From positions 5,615 to 69,614 of the forward strand of contig JBBTWM010000033.1 of assembly GCA_038062795.1 (NCBI GenBank): a DNA stretch of 64,000 bases. The letters are read 5' to 3'. The stretch is from Patescibacteria group bacterium. Its GTDB lineage: Bacteria > Patescibacteriota > Microgenomatia > UBA10105 > UBA927. The notes beneath the pieces were generated by a model that was not told the DNA's origin, made no database searches, and saw only the letters and a list, made by a program, of their open reading frames with translations. A program made the position numbers and the translations under genes. Shown in pieces: positions 29,540 to 39,712 of this stretch; position 1 is the first letter of the stretch, and every line of letters begins with the position of its first letter.

Positions 29540-31038
29540 AGTACGTACTTATTACCTTCGCAACCACGTTGGTGCTATTAGGGATGATTATCCGCGTGGT
29601 AGAAGTGGCCAACGGTAATTATGTTTTTGGATTTGATCAGGGACTTGATTTCATGGCTGCCCGTTCTATTGCAGTTGATCATAAACTCACCCTTATCGGA
29701 GCAGAAGCTGGGGCGGGATTCGCCGGATTGCCTGGCGTTTTTCACGGACCAGGGTACAGATATATTTTGGCCGTCCTTCTTTTTCTTTCCCACGGTAATC
29801 CATACGGGGCGATCGTGGGACTTGCTGTAATAAGTATTATCAGTTTATGGATGTTATATCGAATGGGCATAAGCATATTCGGACCGGTAGTAGCTGGAGT
29901 CATATTGGTGCTTGCTGCAGTTTCACCCCCTCTTACAGCACAAGCCCGTATGATATGGGCACCGAATTATTCGGCCGTTGTCGCTTTGCCGTTTCTTTAC
30001 GCAATTTGGTTATCCCGTAAAAAAACTGTTGCCGGCGCATTTCTGACTGCATTTTTTTCCGCGTTGTTGTATCACTTCGAATTGCCTATGGCTGTTCCCG
30101 CGATGCTCATGACTGTTCTCTATTTCGCATTTGTGTTGAAGTTTCGTGACATAAAGCTTTGGGCCGCTGTGTTTGCCGGTTTTTTCATAGGATTACTTCC
30201 CATGCTGTTATTTGAATCCCGGCATGGTTGGGGATTTGTGAAGGGCATCCTCACGTATGGCGTAAGGCTACGTGAGACATCGGTGACGGCACCGTTTTTT
30301 CCGCTTAAGGAATTGGTAGGCGACGGCAACGCAATTGTGAACACTATACGGGAATCATTTCTTTTTCCCGTGCCCTGGGTGCGACGCATGTTTCCATGGG
30401 TGCTGCTCGGAGGGACTCTTTGGTATGCAAAGCTAGAAAAAAAGAAAGAAATACAAACGTTTATATTCGGATTGTTATTACTTGTAGTTTCCCACCTTTT
30501 GGTATTTTATCCATATCGTGGACCTGTGTACGCCCATTACCTGACATTGTTATACTTTGTGTACCCGATCCTGGCCGCGTATTTGGCAGTTCGTGCATTA
30601 TCAGGGAAGGTAACCCGATGGATAGTGTATGCAGCTGCAATTATGCTAATAATCGGCGTACTGAAGCAAATCCCCAAAACGATAACGTCAGATTATCACG
30701 ATTACGGCGGCACTGCGAAAATCCGGGGCAAGACGGAAGCGCTTGACATCATCTATCAAGATGCGGCAGGAAAACCATTCGGACTTATGGTATTTACGCC
30801 TCCCGTTGTGCCATACGCGTACGAGTATCTTGCGAAGTGGTATGGAAAAAATACGTACGGCTATGTTCCTTCGTTTGAAAGGGGGCCAATATTTTACCTT
30901 CTGATCGAGCCGGATCCTGAGAAGCCATGGAGTTATAATGGATGGTTAGAGACGGTTATCAAGGAGGGGACAGTAATTCGTGCCTGGAATTTGCCGAGCG
31001 GATTTATTATTCAAAAAAGAGCGGAGCGTATCGAATGA
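29536..31038 (+). CDS. ArnT-like GT-C glycosyltransferase (DQG subtype)
   Basis: FGFDQGLD, HGPGYRY, WAPNY, HFE; multiple TMs. Confidence 0.75.
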   Translation: MKYVLITFATTLVLLGMIIRVVEVANGNYVFGFDQGLDFMAARSIAVDHKLTLIGAEAGAGFAGLPGVFHGPGYRYILAVLLFLSHGNPYGAIVGLAVISIISLWMLYRMGISIFGPVVAGVILVLAAVSPPLTAQARMIWAPNYSAVVALPFLYAIWLSRKKTVAGAFLTAFFSALLYHFELPMAVPAMLMTVLYFAFVLKFRDIKLWAAVFAGFFIGLLPMLLFESRHGWGFVKGILTYGVRLRETSVTAPFFPLKELVGDGNAIVNTIRESFLFPVPWVRRMFPWVLLGGTLWYAKLEKKKEIQTFIFGLLLLVVSHLLVFYPYRGPVYAHYLTLLYFVYPILAAYLAVRALSGKVTRWIVYAAAIMLIIGVLKQIPKTITSDYHDYGGTAKIRGKTEALDIIYQDAAGKPFGLMVFTPPVVPYAYEYLAKWYGKNTYGYVPSFERGPIFYLLIEPDPEKPWSYNGWLETVIKEGTVIRAWNLPSGFIIQKRAERIE

Positions 31039-32693
31039 AAAAATTCTTTATGAAGTGGGGCATTTGGACTGGACTCGTCGCCCTGTCCCTCCTGCCATTA
31101 TGGGATTTGATGCATCCTGGATTGCCGATAACCCATGATGGTCAGGATCATGTGGCCCGTATCGCAAACTTTTATCAATCATTATCCGAAGGGCATGTAG
31201 TTCCCAGATGGGCGGCAAATCTCAATTGGGGATATGGACATCCGATTCTCATGTTTTTGTATCCTTTGCCCTCATACGTCGCGTCGGCATTTCATTTTGT
31301 CGGATTTTCACTCATTGATAGCACCAAGCTTGTATTTGCTTTCGGATTCATCGCCAGCATGCTTGCGATGTATCTTTGGATAACCAGTGCGTGGGGAGTG
31401 GCCGCGGGTATTACCGCTTCCGTACTGTATGCATTTGCGCCGTACCGGTTTGTCGATCTATATGTGCGGGGGGCTATAGGGGAGCATATGGCATTTGTCT
31501 TCCCGCCGCTTATTTGTTACGGACTTCTGCTTCTGGCAAAAGAAAAGAATCATATTTCGGCGGTGGCCCTGACCGTTATTTCTTTCGGAACTGCGCTGCT
31601 TATTCTGTCCCATAACGCGCTGAGTCTCATATTTCTGCCGCTTATCGGATTATACGCGTTATATCTTGCCGCACAGGAGACGAAGACTCCGATACGGTTT
31701 CTTCTCATGAGTATAGCCGGAATACTGTTTGGTTTTCTTCTGTCTGCGTTTTACTGGGTTCCGGGTTATTTTGAAGGCAAATACACGCTTCGGGATATCG
31801 TAACGAAAGGAGAATTTACCGGCCGGTTTGTTCCGTGGTTTTCATTTCTCTATTCACCCTGGAGTTATGGCGGAGGCAATGAACTATCCAAGTGGTTGGG
31901 AGCAGGACAGATATTGGCATTGGGTCTGAGTTTCTTTGCACTGGAAAAAAATACGAAACACCGGCGTTTCATTATCGTTTGCATGCTGCTTTTGTTTTTC
32001 TCGCTCTTTGCCATGACCGCCAATTCTGCTCCCGTCTGGAACGCGGTAACCTTGCTTCAGAAATTTCAATTTCCCTGGAGACTTATGTCCGTGACCGTAT
32101 TTTTGATCGCAGGGATCGGGGCATTTGTTGTATACATAGCTCCGGAAAAAAGCAGGCGGTGGACCGCCCTTATTTTGGTCATCATATCGATATTTGGGAC
32201 GATACCGATGTGGCGAGCCAAGGAGTATAAAGTATTTCCGCAGTCGTATTTTACCGGCATATATAACAGTACTACCGATACGGGAGAAAGCAGTCCTATT
32301 TGGTCTATCCGGTTTATGGAAAAGCGGCCCGAAGCGCTTGCGTATATGGTGCCGCTCGCAGGCACGATCAACGTGGGTGAGCGGTCGACAACGCTGAAAG
32401 TTTACCGCGTGAATGTGAAAGAGCCCGCTAGATTTGTAGAAAGCACGCTGTATTTTCCGGGGTGGCAGGTGTTTATTAATGGAAGCCCTCTTGCCATAGA
32501 AAAGCTTATATTTCAGGACCCTACGTACCGGGGACTCATGACGTTTGATCTAACCCCGGGCGATTACGACATCAGGTTTGAGTTTGGAGAAACGAAACTC
32601 CGAAGGATTTCAAATTACCTGAGTCTCGGTGCGCTGGCATTATTCGTCGTCAGTATTGGTACAATACGTTTGCTATGGCGAAAAAAAGAATAA
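31035..32693 (+). CDS. 'PTPS-related' membrane protein (YfhO-like GT-C)
   Basis: THDGQDHVAR, PRWAANLNWGYGHP, YVRGAIGE, QFPWRL, YFPGW; start moved to ATG 31035. Confidence 0.8.
   Translation: MKKFFMKWGIWTGLVALSLLPLWDLMHPGLPITHDGQDHVARIANFYQSLSEGHVVPRWAANLNWGYGHPILMFLYPLPSYVASAFHFVGFSLIDSTKLVFAFGFIASMLAMYLWITSAWGVAAGITASVLYAFAPYRFVDLYVRGAIGEHMAFVFPPLICYGLLLLAKEKNHISAVALTVISFGTALLILSHNALSLIFLPLIGLYALYLAAQETKTPIRFLLMSIAGILFGFLLSAFYWVPGYFEGKYTLRDIVTKGEFTGRFVPWFSFLYSPWSYGGGNELSKWLGAGQILALGLSFFALEKNTKHRRFIIVCMLLLFFSLFAMTANSAPVWNAVTLLQKFQFPWRLMSVTVFLIAGIGAFVVYIAPEKSRRWTALILVIISIFGTIPMWRAKEYKVFPQSYFTGIYNSTTDTGESSPIWSIRFMEKRPEALAYMVPLAGTINVGERSTTLKVYRVNVKEPARFVESTLYFPGWQVFINGSPLAIEKLIFQDPTYRGLMTFDLTPGDYDIRFEFGETKLRRISNYLSLGALALFVVSIGTIRLLWRKKE
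32657..32665 (+). promoter_or_regulatory. Putative internal extended -10 promoter (TGgTACAAT)
   Basis: TGn+TACAAT ending 9 nt before ATG 32675. Confidence 0.4.
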
Positions 32694-33448
32694 CACTCTC
32701 GGTAGCTCTGGCTGTATATAATGAAGCCTCCAATTTGGAGCGTTGTCTTAGATCTGTCGGGAATTTGGCAGACGAGATGATTGTCGTGGACGGCGGATCA
32801 AGTGATGCTACCGTCGATATAGCAAAAAGGTTGGCAGCCAAAGTGTATCACACGGATAATCCCGCCATGTTCCATATCAATAAACAAAAAGCGTTAGATA
32901 AATCCAGCGGCGAGTGGATTTTGCAGCTGGATGCAGATGAAGTAGTGAGCGCGTCCTTAAAGGAAGAAATTCGGGATGTTATCGTATCTGGCCTCACACC
33001 CAACGGGTATTTCATATCCCGCCATAATTATTTTTTGGGCGATTGGCTCCGAAAGGGAGGTCAGTATCCGGATTACGTCATACGGCTTTTTAGAAACGGG
33101 TTTGGGGAGTTTCCTCAGCAAAGTGTGCATGAACAAATAAAGATAGACGGCCCGGTTGGGCACCTCAACCACGCGTTGGAGCACTACTCCTATACATCTA
33201 TCGCACAATATTGGGATAAATCTTCTGCATATATACGCTTGACCGCGGATGAATTATCAAAACGCAAAGATAGCCGATCGGTAGCTACGTTATTTTCGTA
33301 TCTGATTGCCAAGCCGGTTGGTACGTTTCTGTCTCTTTATCTCCGCCACAAAGGATTCGTTGATGGGTGGCGTGGATTCCTATTTGCGTTTTTTTCCGCG
33401 ATGCATTTTCCGAAAGCATATATTCTAAGTATTACCCAAGCTTCATGA
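32675..33448 (+). CDS. GT2 glycosyltransferase, WaaE/KdtX-like
   Basis: SVALAVYNE, VVDGGSSD, QLDADE, RLFR..VHE, GFVDGWRG. Confidence 0.9.
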   Translation: MAKKRITLSVALAVYNEASNLERCLRSVGNLADEMIVVDGGSSDATVDIAKRLAAKVYHTDNPAMFHINKQKALDKSSGEWILQLDADEVVSASLKEEIRDVIVSGLTPNGYFISRHNYFLGDWLRKGGQYPDYVIRLFRNGFGEFPQQSVHEQIKIDGPVGHLNHALEHYSYTSIAQYWDKSSAYIRLTADELSKRKDSRSVATLFSYLIAKPVGTFLSLYLRHKGFVDGWRGFLFAFFSAMHFPKAYILSITQAS

Positions 33449-33975
33449 AACACATTGTTGCCTTGTATTTGTTCGGCATATTGCTTCTTGCTACGCCACT
33501 TCTGGTTCGCGCTGAGTATGTGTTGCCATACCCGTCTTATATGCCAGGAAATAAACACTATAAAATATCCCGTTTCATTGACAAGATACGACAGCCGTTT
33601 TATTTCGGAAATTTAAGTTCCTATAAATATCATTTAAGCCTCGCAGATAAATACCTGGTTGAAGCAAAGACACTATTTGAATACAAACAGTATTTATTGG
33701 CCTCTGATGCATTAGCTCGTTCGGATAGCGAGTTTGCAAAAACTACGCAGTTTCTTCTCGGCGCCAGACAGGAACGCAAAGACATCAGTGCATTTGTGCG
33801 CCAACTAGCGCAAGCATCAGCGCTGCACACCGAGATTCTCCTGCGCATGAACGAAGTATTACCCCCTTCGTATGAATGGAAACCGGAGAAATCAGATGCC
33901 ATACAGCTATCAATTGCAGATATGGTACGCGAGTCGGTGATGGTACGCAAAAACGCAGTGATCAGGTTACGATGA
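33445..33975 (+). CDS. Secreted helical protein, DUF5667-like
   Basis: Signal peptide ending VRA, then YVLPYPSYMPGNKHYKI...LADKYLVEA pattern; start moved to ATG 33445. Confidence 0.6.
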   Translation: MKHIVALYLFGILLLATPLLVRAEYVLPYPSYMPGNKHYKISRFIDKIRQPFYFGNLSSYKYHLSLADKYLVEAKTLFEYKQYLLASDALARSDSEFAKTTQFLLGARQERKDISAFVRQLAQASALHTEILLRMNEVLPPSYEWKPEKSDAIQLSIADMVRESVMVRKNAVIRLR

Positions 33976-35114
33976 AACACATACCTACGCTATTTATCGG
34001 TATTGCCATAGTGCTGGGAATATATTCCTACGGATTTATAGACCCTCATTTGTCATTTTCGTCACATCCGTTCTATCTCTTTATTCAGAATGCGCTTGTC
34101 CATCTGGTGTACCGTCAATCCGTGACAGCGGCAGCACTGTATGTGTGCATCATTGTGGGTTTATTTGCTGCATACGGCATGATTATGCAATCGGCAAAAA
34201 CTGAAAAGATGAAATATTTTCCGCGATGGATGATATGGGGTATCGGGATACTGCTGGTTTCTTACCCTGCGTTTTCCTATGATATATATAACTACATCGC
34301 AACAGCTAAGGTCACATTCCAATATCGGGAGAATCCGTATGTGATGATGCCGATAGAGATTCCAAACGAGCCGATGCTTTCCTTTACCCGGGCTGCGAAC
34401 AAGGTCGCTCTTTACGGCCCGGCGTGGATAGTTTTGACGTCATTTCCGTATATTGTCGGGGCGGGAAACATGCTCGCGACTATAGTTTCGTTCAAAACGT
34501 TTACCGCGCTATTTTACACTGCGGTGACGTACCTCATTTACCGGAAAACGAAGCGATGGGACCAGGTGATGTTTTTTGCGCTCAATCCGCTGATACTTAT
34601 CGAAGTATTGGTCAGCGGGCATAACGATATTGTCATGATGGCGCTGGGTCTTGCGGGTCTCTTACTTTGGAATCGGCAGGGTATGCAATATAAAGCGGCG
34701 GGTATTATCCTGTTTATCTCTTCTGTCTTGATAAAAGGCGCGACGATTGCGTTAGTTCCGCTTTTCTTTTTTCCGAGGTGGAAATGGGAGAAAAAAATGC
34801 TGGTTGCCGGAGTCCTCATGTTCGGTGTATTTCTTCTCTCTCCTGTGCGGGAAGAAATGTACCCCTGGTATGCGGTGTGGTGGCTTAGTTGTATAGCTTT
34901 TGTTCCGATTCGGAAGCACTCGTTTATTCACTGGTTTTCATTTTGGCTGAGTTTCGGACTTATGTTGCGGTACGTGCCATGGATTGCCACCCGTGAGTAC
35001 GGTGGCATAACTCCCATAATCCGCGTTATTGCGACACTCGTGCCTGTGTTGTTTTATCTGCTTTATCGGTTTCGCAAAAATGTAAAACATCTCCGGGCCC
35101 CTTGGAAAAAGTAA
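33972..35114 (+). CDS. MptA/MptB-like polyprenol-phosphomannose-dependent GT-C glycosyltransferase
   Basis: FSYDIYNY, NPY, YGPAW, LNPL..E....HNDIVMM, IK motifs; start moved to ATG 33972. Confidence 0.7.
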   Translation: MKHIPTLFIGIAIVLGIYSYGFIDPHLSFSSHPFYLFIQNALVHLVYRQSVTAAALYVCIIVGLFAAYGMIMQSAKTEKMKYFPRWMIWGIGILLVSYPAFSYDIYNYIATAKVTFQYRENPYVMMPIEIPNEPMLSFTRAANKVALYGPAWIVLTSFPYIVGAGNMLATIVSFKTFTALFYTAVTYLIYRKTKRWDQVMFFALNPLILIEVLVSGHNDIVMMALGLAGLLLWNRQGMQYKAAGIILFISSVLIKGATIALVPLFFFPRWKWEKKMLVAGVLMFGVFLLSPVREEMYPWYAVWWLSCIAFVPIRKHSFIHWFSFWLSFGLMLRYVPWIATREYGGITPIIRVIATLVPVLFYLLYRFRKNVKHLRAPWKK

Positions 35115-35116
35115 CT

Positions 35117-36667
35117 ATGATTGCTTTTTTTCTCGCGTTCATACCGGCACTTATTGCGGCTTTGCCGCTTTTTGGTTCCCGGTTTATACCAACCCATGAT
35201 GGGGAGTACCACATCATCAGGTTCTGGCAATTTTATAAAATGCTTTCGGCAGGTGATTGGTTTCCCCGTTGGGCGCCGGATTTAAACGTCGGATTGGGAG
35301 TGCCGCTGTTTACCTTTAACTACCCGCTCCCAAACTATATAGGCAGTGCGTTCCATTTTATCGGGATGAGCTTTGCGGACAGCTTTAAGTGGTCGCTCGG
35401 ATTAGGGTACCTTACTGCGGTGATCTGGTATTACCTGTTTGCAAAAAAAGTATTCGGCACGAAGCCTGCGATAGCAGCGACCATTATTTTTTCCTATATA
35501 CCGTATTGGTTCGTGTATATGTATGTGCGGGGGTCGGTGGGTGAGGTGTGGGCAGTGTCGTTCCTTATGCTCGCCTTTGCCTCACTCGCGTATAACAAAC
35601 CCCAAACTTTTGCCATCGCCGTGGGTTTGCTCATACTTTCCCATAATATTCTCGCCATGATATTTGTTCCAATGCTGTTTATTATAGCCTTGCGTATTCG
35701 TCCGATGATCGTAGGCTGGATTGCGGGGGTCGGATTGGCGGCGTATTTTTGGGTACCGGCCTTATACGAGCGGCAGTTTGTTGTGGGCCTTAACACGGTA
35801 AATTACCGCGACCATTTCGCTGCCTTAGTGCAGATACTTTTCCCGTCGTGGGGCAGCGGCTATTCCGTGCTGGGAATAAGCGACGGCATGTCCTTCCAAA
35901 TCGGAATTGTCTCACTGCTGATTATAGGAGCGGCTGCGATTTTGCTTTTTAAAAAAAACCGTTTGGCTCCAACCATCAAGCAGATGGTCGCCCTTTCTTT
36001 ATTCGTAATTATTGCCGGTTCGTTCCTCATGACGGAATATTCTGCATTCCTATGGCGTGCCGTTCCGGTTCTCGGGTATCTGCAATTTCCGTGGCGTCTT
36101 TTGTCTGTAATAATGATTGCGGTATCTGTACTTGCGGGATTTGTAAGCCACGTAACTCCGAAATTTGGAATAATCCTTGCCTTGTGTTCTGTTTTTTTCG
36201 TGTTTTCCTACACGCGGCCGGTCACCTATGAATCCCGCAGCGACGAGTATTATTTATCACGGGATTGGTTTACAAGTGGTACCTCATCGTTAGGTGATGC
36301 GTTTCAAACACAATGGAAACAGGGCGATATCAATTATTCCCCGCAGAATTTTTCAGTTTCCGAAAGGAGTATTGACTACACGAAACTCAACCCGGTTTCA
36401 TACGTGCTTCTTTTACATGCATCGATCTCCGGCACATTGATCGCTCCGATTGCCTATTATCCCGGATGGCAGGCGAATATAGACGGGCGATCGGTGCCCA
36501 TCTCTCCAGGCGAACACGGCACTATCACATTGCCGGTGCATGAGGGAGATCAGTTGCTGCACATCCGGCTGGACTCCGCGCCATGGCAGCAGGCGGCCGG
36601 CATTACGAGCCTTCTTTCGTTGTTGTTCATAGTGCTATCATTTATACTCAGGAAACCAACGATATGA
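35117..36667 (+). CDS. 'PTPS-related' membrane protein (YfhO-like GT-C)
   Basis: THDGEYHIIR, PRWAPDLN.G.G.PLF, YVRGSVGE, QFPWRLL, YYPGW; start ATG 35117 or TTG 35102. Confidence 0.8.
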   Translation: MIAFFLAFIPALIAALPLFGSRFIPTHDGEYHIIRFWQFYKMLSAGDWFPRWAPDLNVGLGVPLFTFNYPLPNYIGSAFHFIGMSFADSFKWSLGLGYLTAVIWYYLFAKKVFGTKPAIAATIIFSYIPYWFVYMYVRGSVGEVWAVSFLMLAFASLAYNKPQTFAIAVGLLILSHNILAMIFVPMLFIIALRIRPMIVGWIAGVGLAAYFWVPALYERQFVVGLNTVNYRDHFAALVQILFPSWGSGYSVLGISDGMSFQIGIVSLLIIGAAAILLFKKNRLAPTIKQMVALSLFVIIAGSFLMTEYSAFLWRAVPVLGYLQFPWRLLSVIMIAVSVLAGFVSHVTPKFGIILALCSVFFVFSYTRPVTYESRSDEYYLSRDWFTSGTSSLGDAFQTQWKQGDINYSPQNFSVSERSIDYTKLNPVSYVLLLHASISGTLIAPIAYYPGWQANIDGRSVPISPGEHGTITLPVHEGDQLLHIRLDSAPWQQAAGITSLLSLLFIVLSFILRKPTI

Positions 36668-37731
36668 AGATCGCAATCAATACATTACCACTGTCTACAG
36701 AGCACCGGATGCGGGGTACTGGCGTATATACAAAAAATTTGATCGAAGCGCTTGCTACATACGAAAAAAAACATTCGTACTTCTTTTTTATCCGCGTACA
36801 GGATATACCGGAGCGCACGGATGTTGTGCATTATCCGTTTTTTGATCCGTTTTTTTTGACACTTCCGTTTATAAAACGCTTTCCCACCGTGGTAACGGTT
36901 CATGATCTGATTCCGTTGGTATTCCCGGACAAATTTCCTCCGGGACTGCGGGGCAAGCTCAAATGGCAGATACAGCGTCTGTCGCTTTTGGGTTCATCCG
37001 GAGTAATAACCGATTCCCAGTGCAGCAAGGATGATATCGTGCGGATAACCGGAAGAAAACAGTCCGGTATACATGTGGTTCCGTTAGCGCAATCCCAACA
37101 ATATAGGCGTATTACGGGCGATGCTGTCCTTAAACAAGTCAGACAGCGATACCACTTGCCGGATGAATACGTGTTGTATATCGGGGATGTAAATTGGAAC
37201 AAAAATGTTATCGGGCTTATCAATGCTTGGAAAGTTGTGCTCGCCAAAAACGTTAAATCCCGCAGCTGCAAACTTGTGTTGGCAGGATCGGCATTTACCG
37301 ATGCTGAGGTACGCGAGACGCGGGAAATTCTGCATCTTATTGACTCGTTCGGAATGAGTAAACACGTTATTCGGCCGGGATTTATAAAAGATGAGGATAT
37401 GGCAGGCGTGTATTCGGCTTCGTCCTGTGTCGTGCTGCCATCGTGGTACGAAGGTTTCGGATTTCCCATTCTTGAAGCTATGGCTTGCGGTGTGCCTGTG
37501 GTTGCAACGAATCGGGGAAGTGTGCCGGAAATATCCGGACCCGCGCGCGTCGTTGATCCTGCAGATACGAACGTTATTGCAAAGACTATCCTCGAAATGT
37601 TACAGCTATCTGAGCTTGAGCGGCGGGAGCTTATCCGAAAAGGATTTGAATGGATAAAGTATTTTAGCTGGAAGCGGGTAGCCAGCGAGACAGTGGCAGT
37701 GTACGAGCACATTGCCGCCCGTACAACATAG
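36664..37731 (+). CDS. GT4 glycosyltransferase (MtfB/WbpX-like)
   Basis: RGTGVY, VVTVHDLIP, YEGFGFPILEAMACG; start moved to ATG 36664. Confidence 0.9.
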   Translation: MKIAINTLPLSTEHRMRGTGVYTKNLIEALATYEKKHSYFFFIRVQDIPERTDVVHYPFFDPFFLTLPFIKRFPTVVTVHDLIPLVFPDKFPPGLRGKLKWQIQRLSLLGSSGVITDSQCSKDDIVRITGRKQSGIHVVPLAQSQQYRRITGDAVLKQVRQRYHLPDEYVLYIGDVNWNKNVIGLINAWKVVLAKNVKSRSCKLVLAGSAFTDAEVRETREILHLIDSFGMSKHVIRPGFIKDEDMAGVYSASSCVVLPSWYEGFGFPILEAMACGVPVVATNRGSVPEISGPARVVDPADTNVIAKTILEMLQLSELERRELIRKGFEWIKYFSWKRVASETVAVYEHIAARTT

Positions 37732-37736
37732 ATAGT

Positions 37737-38450
37737 ATGCGGACGTTAACTATTATCATTCCTACATATAACGAGGCAAAAACTATTCACATAGTACTGC
37801 AGCGTGTCTTCGCGTCTACGCTTCTGGGGTGGCAGAAACAGGTTGTGGTCGTGGACGACGGTTCTGTAGACGACACAGTTGGCATTCTCAAAAAATGGCA
37901 AAGCCGGGCAACTATTGTGCATCTGTCACATAATCAGGGCAAAGGCGCGGCGGTTACTGAAGGGCTGCGGCGGGCAACAGGCGATATCATTATCATACAG
38001 GATGCGGATTTGGAATATAGTCCGGATGATTACCCTGTGCTGTTGAATCCTTTTGAAAACGTACGGGTGAACGCCGTATACGGCTCGCGCTTTTTGGGTC
38101 CGCACCTTTCCACAATGTTTATCTATGCACTTGGAAATAAATTTGTGACCCTGGTTACCAACATCCTCTACAACACCACCATTACCGATATGGAAACCGG
38201 GTACAAGGCGTTCCGGAGGTCAGCGGTGAAAGATTTGGAAATCAAGGCGAAACGGTTTGATTTCGAGCCGGAGGTGACGGCAAAGTTACTCAGGAGCGGC
38301 AACCAGATTTATGAGGTTCCCATTTCCTACTACGGCCGGAAATTTGAAGAAGGGAAGAAGTTGACGTGGCGGGACGGCGTTGTGGCACTTTTCACGCTAC
38401 TCAAATACCGCTGGTGGAATCCTGCTCCGCACGGAGGAAAAAAGGTTTGA
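37737..38450 (+). CDS. GT2 polyprenol-phosphate glycosyltransferase (DPM synthase-like)
   Basis: IIPTYNE, VDDGSVD, NQGKGAA, QDADLEY, YGSRF, DMETGYK, FDFEPEVT. Confidence 0.85.
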   Translation: MRTLTIIIPTYNEAKTIHIVLQRVFASTLLGWQKQVVVVDDGSVDDTVGILKKWQSRATIVHLSHNQGKGAAVTEGLRRATGDIIIIQDADLEYSPDDYPVLLNPFENVRVNAVYGSRFLGPHLSTMFIYALGNKFVTLVTNILYNTTITDMETGYKAFRRSAVKDLEIKAKRFDFEPEVTAKLLRSGNQIYEVPISYYGRKFEEGKKLTWRDGVVALFTLLKYRWWNPAPHGGKKV

Positions 38451-38452
38451 TC

Positions 38453-39712
38453 ATGAAGCGTCTTATCGAAAAACTATCTCTTGTGACGTCACATCCGTTA
38501 GCCCGCGGAAGTGCCGTGGTGCTTATTGGATCAATGGCAGCAAATGTTGGCGCCTATTTTTATCATGTCGTGGTCGGAAGATTGTTAGGACCGGAGCAAT
38601 ACGGAGAACTCGCTTCGCTTTACTCACTTTCATACTTATTAAATGTCCCATCTCTTGTTATCCAAACAGTGATAGCTAAATATGTGTCAGCCTACAAGGC
38701 AAAAAAAGAAAACGGTAAAGCAAAAGAACTAGTCATTACTGCAACGCAGTCGATGGGCTACTGGATGATTGCCATCCTTATCCTTACTGTCCCGTTATAC
38801 CGTTTTTTTGTTCAGTATCTTCATGTAACCAATTATTGGTCCGTCGTTTATGTTTTCATCGGGTCCGGAATTGTTTTTTTGGGGACCGTGATAACCGGGA
38901 CTCTCCAAGGATATCAGCAATTTACGGAACTTATGGTATTTTCCAATATAGGGGTAGTACTTCGGTTGATAGGCGGATTCATCGGAGCTTCATATAGTGT
39001 TGCGGCAACGGCATTTGCGAACGCGCTCACGGCATTTATCGCGTATGTTCTTTCCTTTATTCCACTACGTTTTTTACGTGCATCCACGCGTCAGAAAACC
39101 GGCCTGACGAAGAGAGACATAGGAACGTTTGCTGTCCCATCGCTTCTGTGTATTTTGGGAATCACGTCTCTTTATAATACTGACATCATGCTGGTGAAGC
39201 ATTATTTTTCTTCTTACGAAGCAGGCATGTATGCAGCGCTTTCTATGATGGGGAAAGTTATATTTTTCGCTAGTAGCAGCTTTTCATACGTATTGTTTCC
39301 GGTTGTAGCTGAGAGAAGCCATGTAGGAGGCCGGTCAGATAGACTTGTTTATATTTCACTTGCGGCGGTAGCGTGCATATCTTTGGGGATTACCGTTGGA
39401 TATTATATATTTCCATCTGTGGCGCTTGGACTTTTGTTCGGATCTTCCTACGCGGGTGCCTCCGGTTACCTTGGGCTTTTCGGTATATTTATTTCATTCT
39501 TTTCCTTAAGTAACATTTTAAGTACGACGTTATTGGGGATGGGCAATAAATCAGTATGGATGTTTACTGTCAGTTTTTCACTGTTGCAGATTCTGGGGAT
39601 CATGGCCGTTCATGATTCTCTCCGATCTGTTTTATACCTGAATATTGGTGTGAGCACGGCCTTATTTATGATGCTTTTGGTATACTATCGTCATGCGGTC
39701 AAAAAACATTAA
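38453..39712 (+). CDS. Wzx-like oligosaccharide flippase
   Basis: GRLLGPEQYG, NTDIMLVKHYF..EAGMYAA, VLFPVV; many TMs; start moved to ATG 38453. Confidence 0.85.
   Translation: MKRLIEKLSLVTSHPLARGSAVVLIGSMAANVGAYFYHVVVGRLLGPEQYGELASLYSLSYLLNVPSLVIQTVIAKYVSAYKAKKENGKAKELVITATQSMGYWMIAILILTVPLYRFFVQYLHVTNYWSVVYVFIGSGIVFLGTVITGTLQGYQQFTELMVFSNIGVVLRLIGGFIGASYSVAATAFANALTAFIAYVLSFIPLRFLRASTRQKTGLTKRDIGTFAVPSLLCILGITSLYNTDIMLVKHYFSSYEAGMYAALSMMGKVIFFASSSFSYVLFPVVAERSHVGGRSDRLVYISLAAVACISLGITVGYYIFPSVALGLLFGSSYAGASGYLGLFGIFISFFSLSNILSTTLLGMGNKSVWMFTVSFSLLQILGIMAVHDSLRSVLYLNIGVSTALFMMLLVYYRHAVKKH
39678..39686 (+). promoter_or_regulatory. Putative extended -10 promoter for a leaderless transcript (TGgTATACT)
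   Basis: Exactly 6 nt between box and ATG 39693. Confidence 0.55.

Noticed and set aside
20140-36667. Pterin biosynthesis implied by the 'PTPS-related' family name
   Set aside because: These are polytopic YfhO-like membrane proteins with no T-fold PTPS motifs; the name is a family label only
36900-37712. 270-aa antisense ORF
   Set aside because: Entirely opposite a motif-complete GT4; no recognisable domain; shadow ORF
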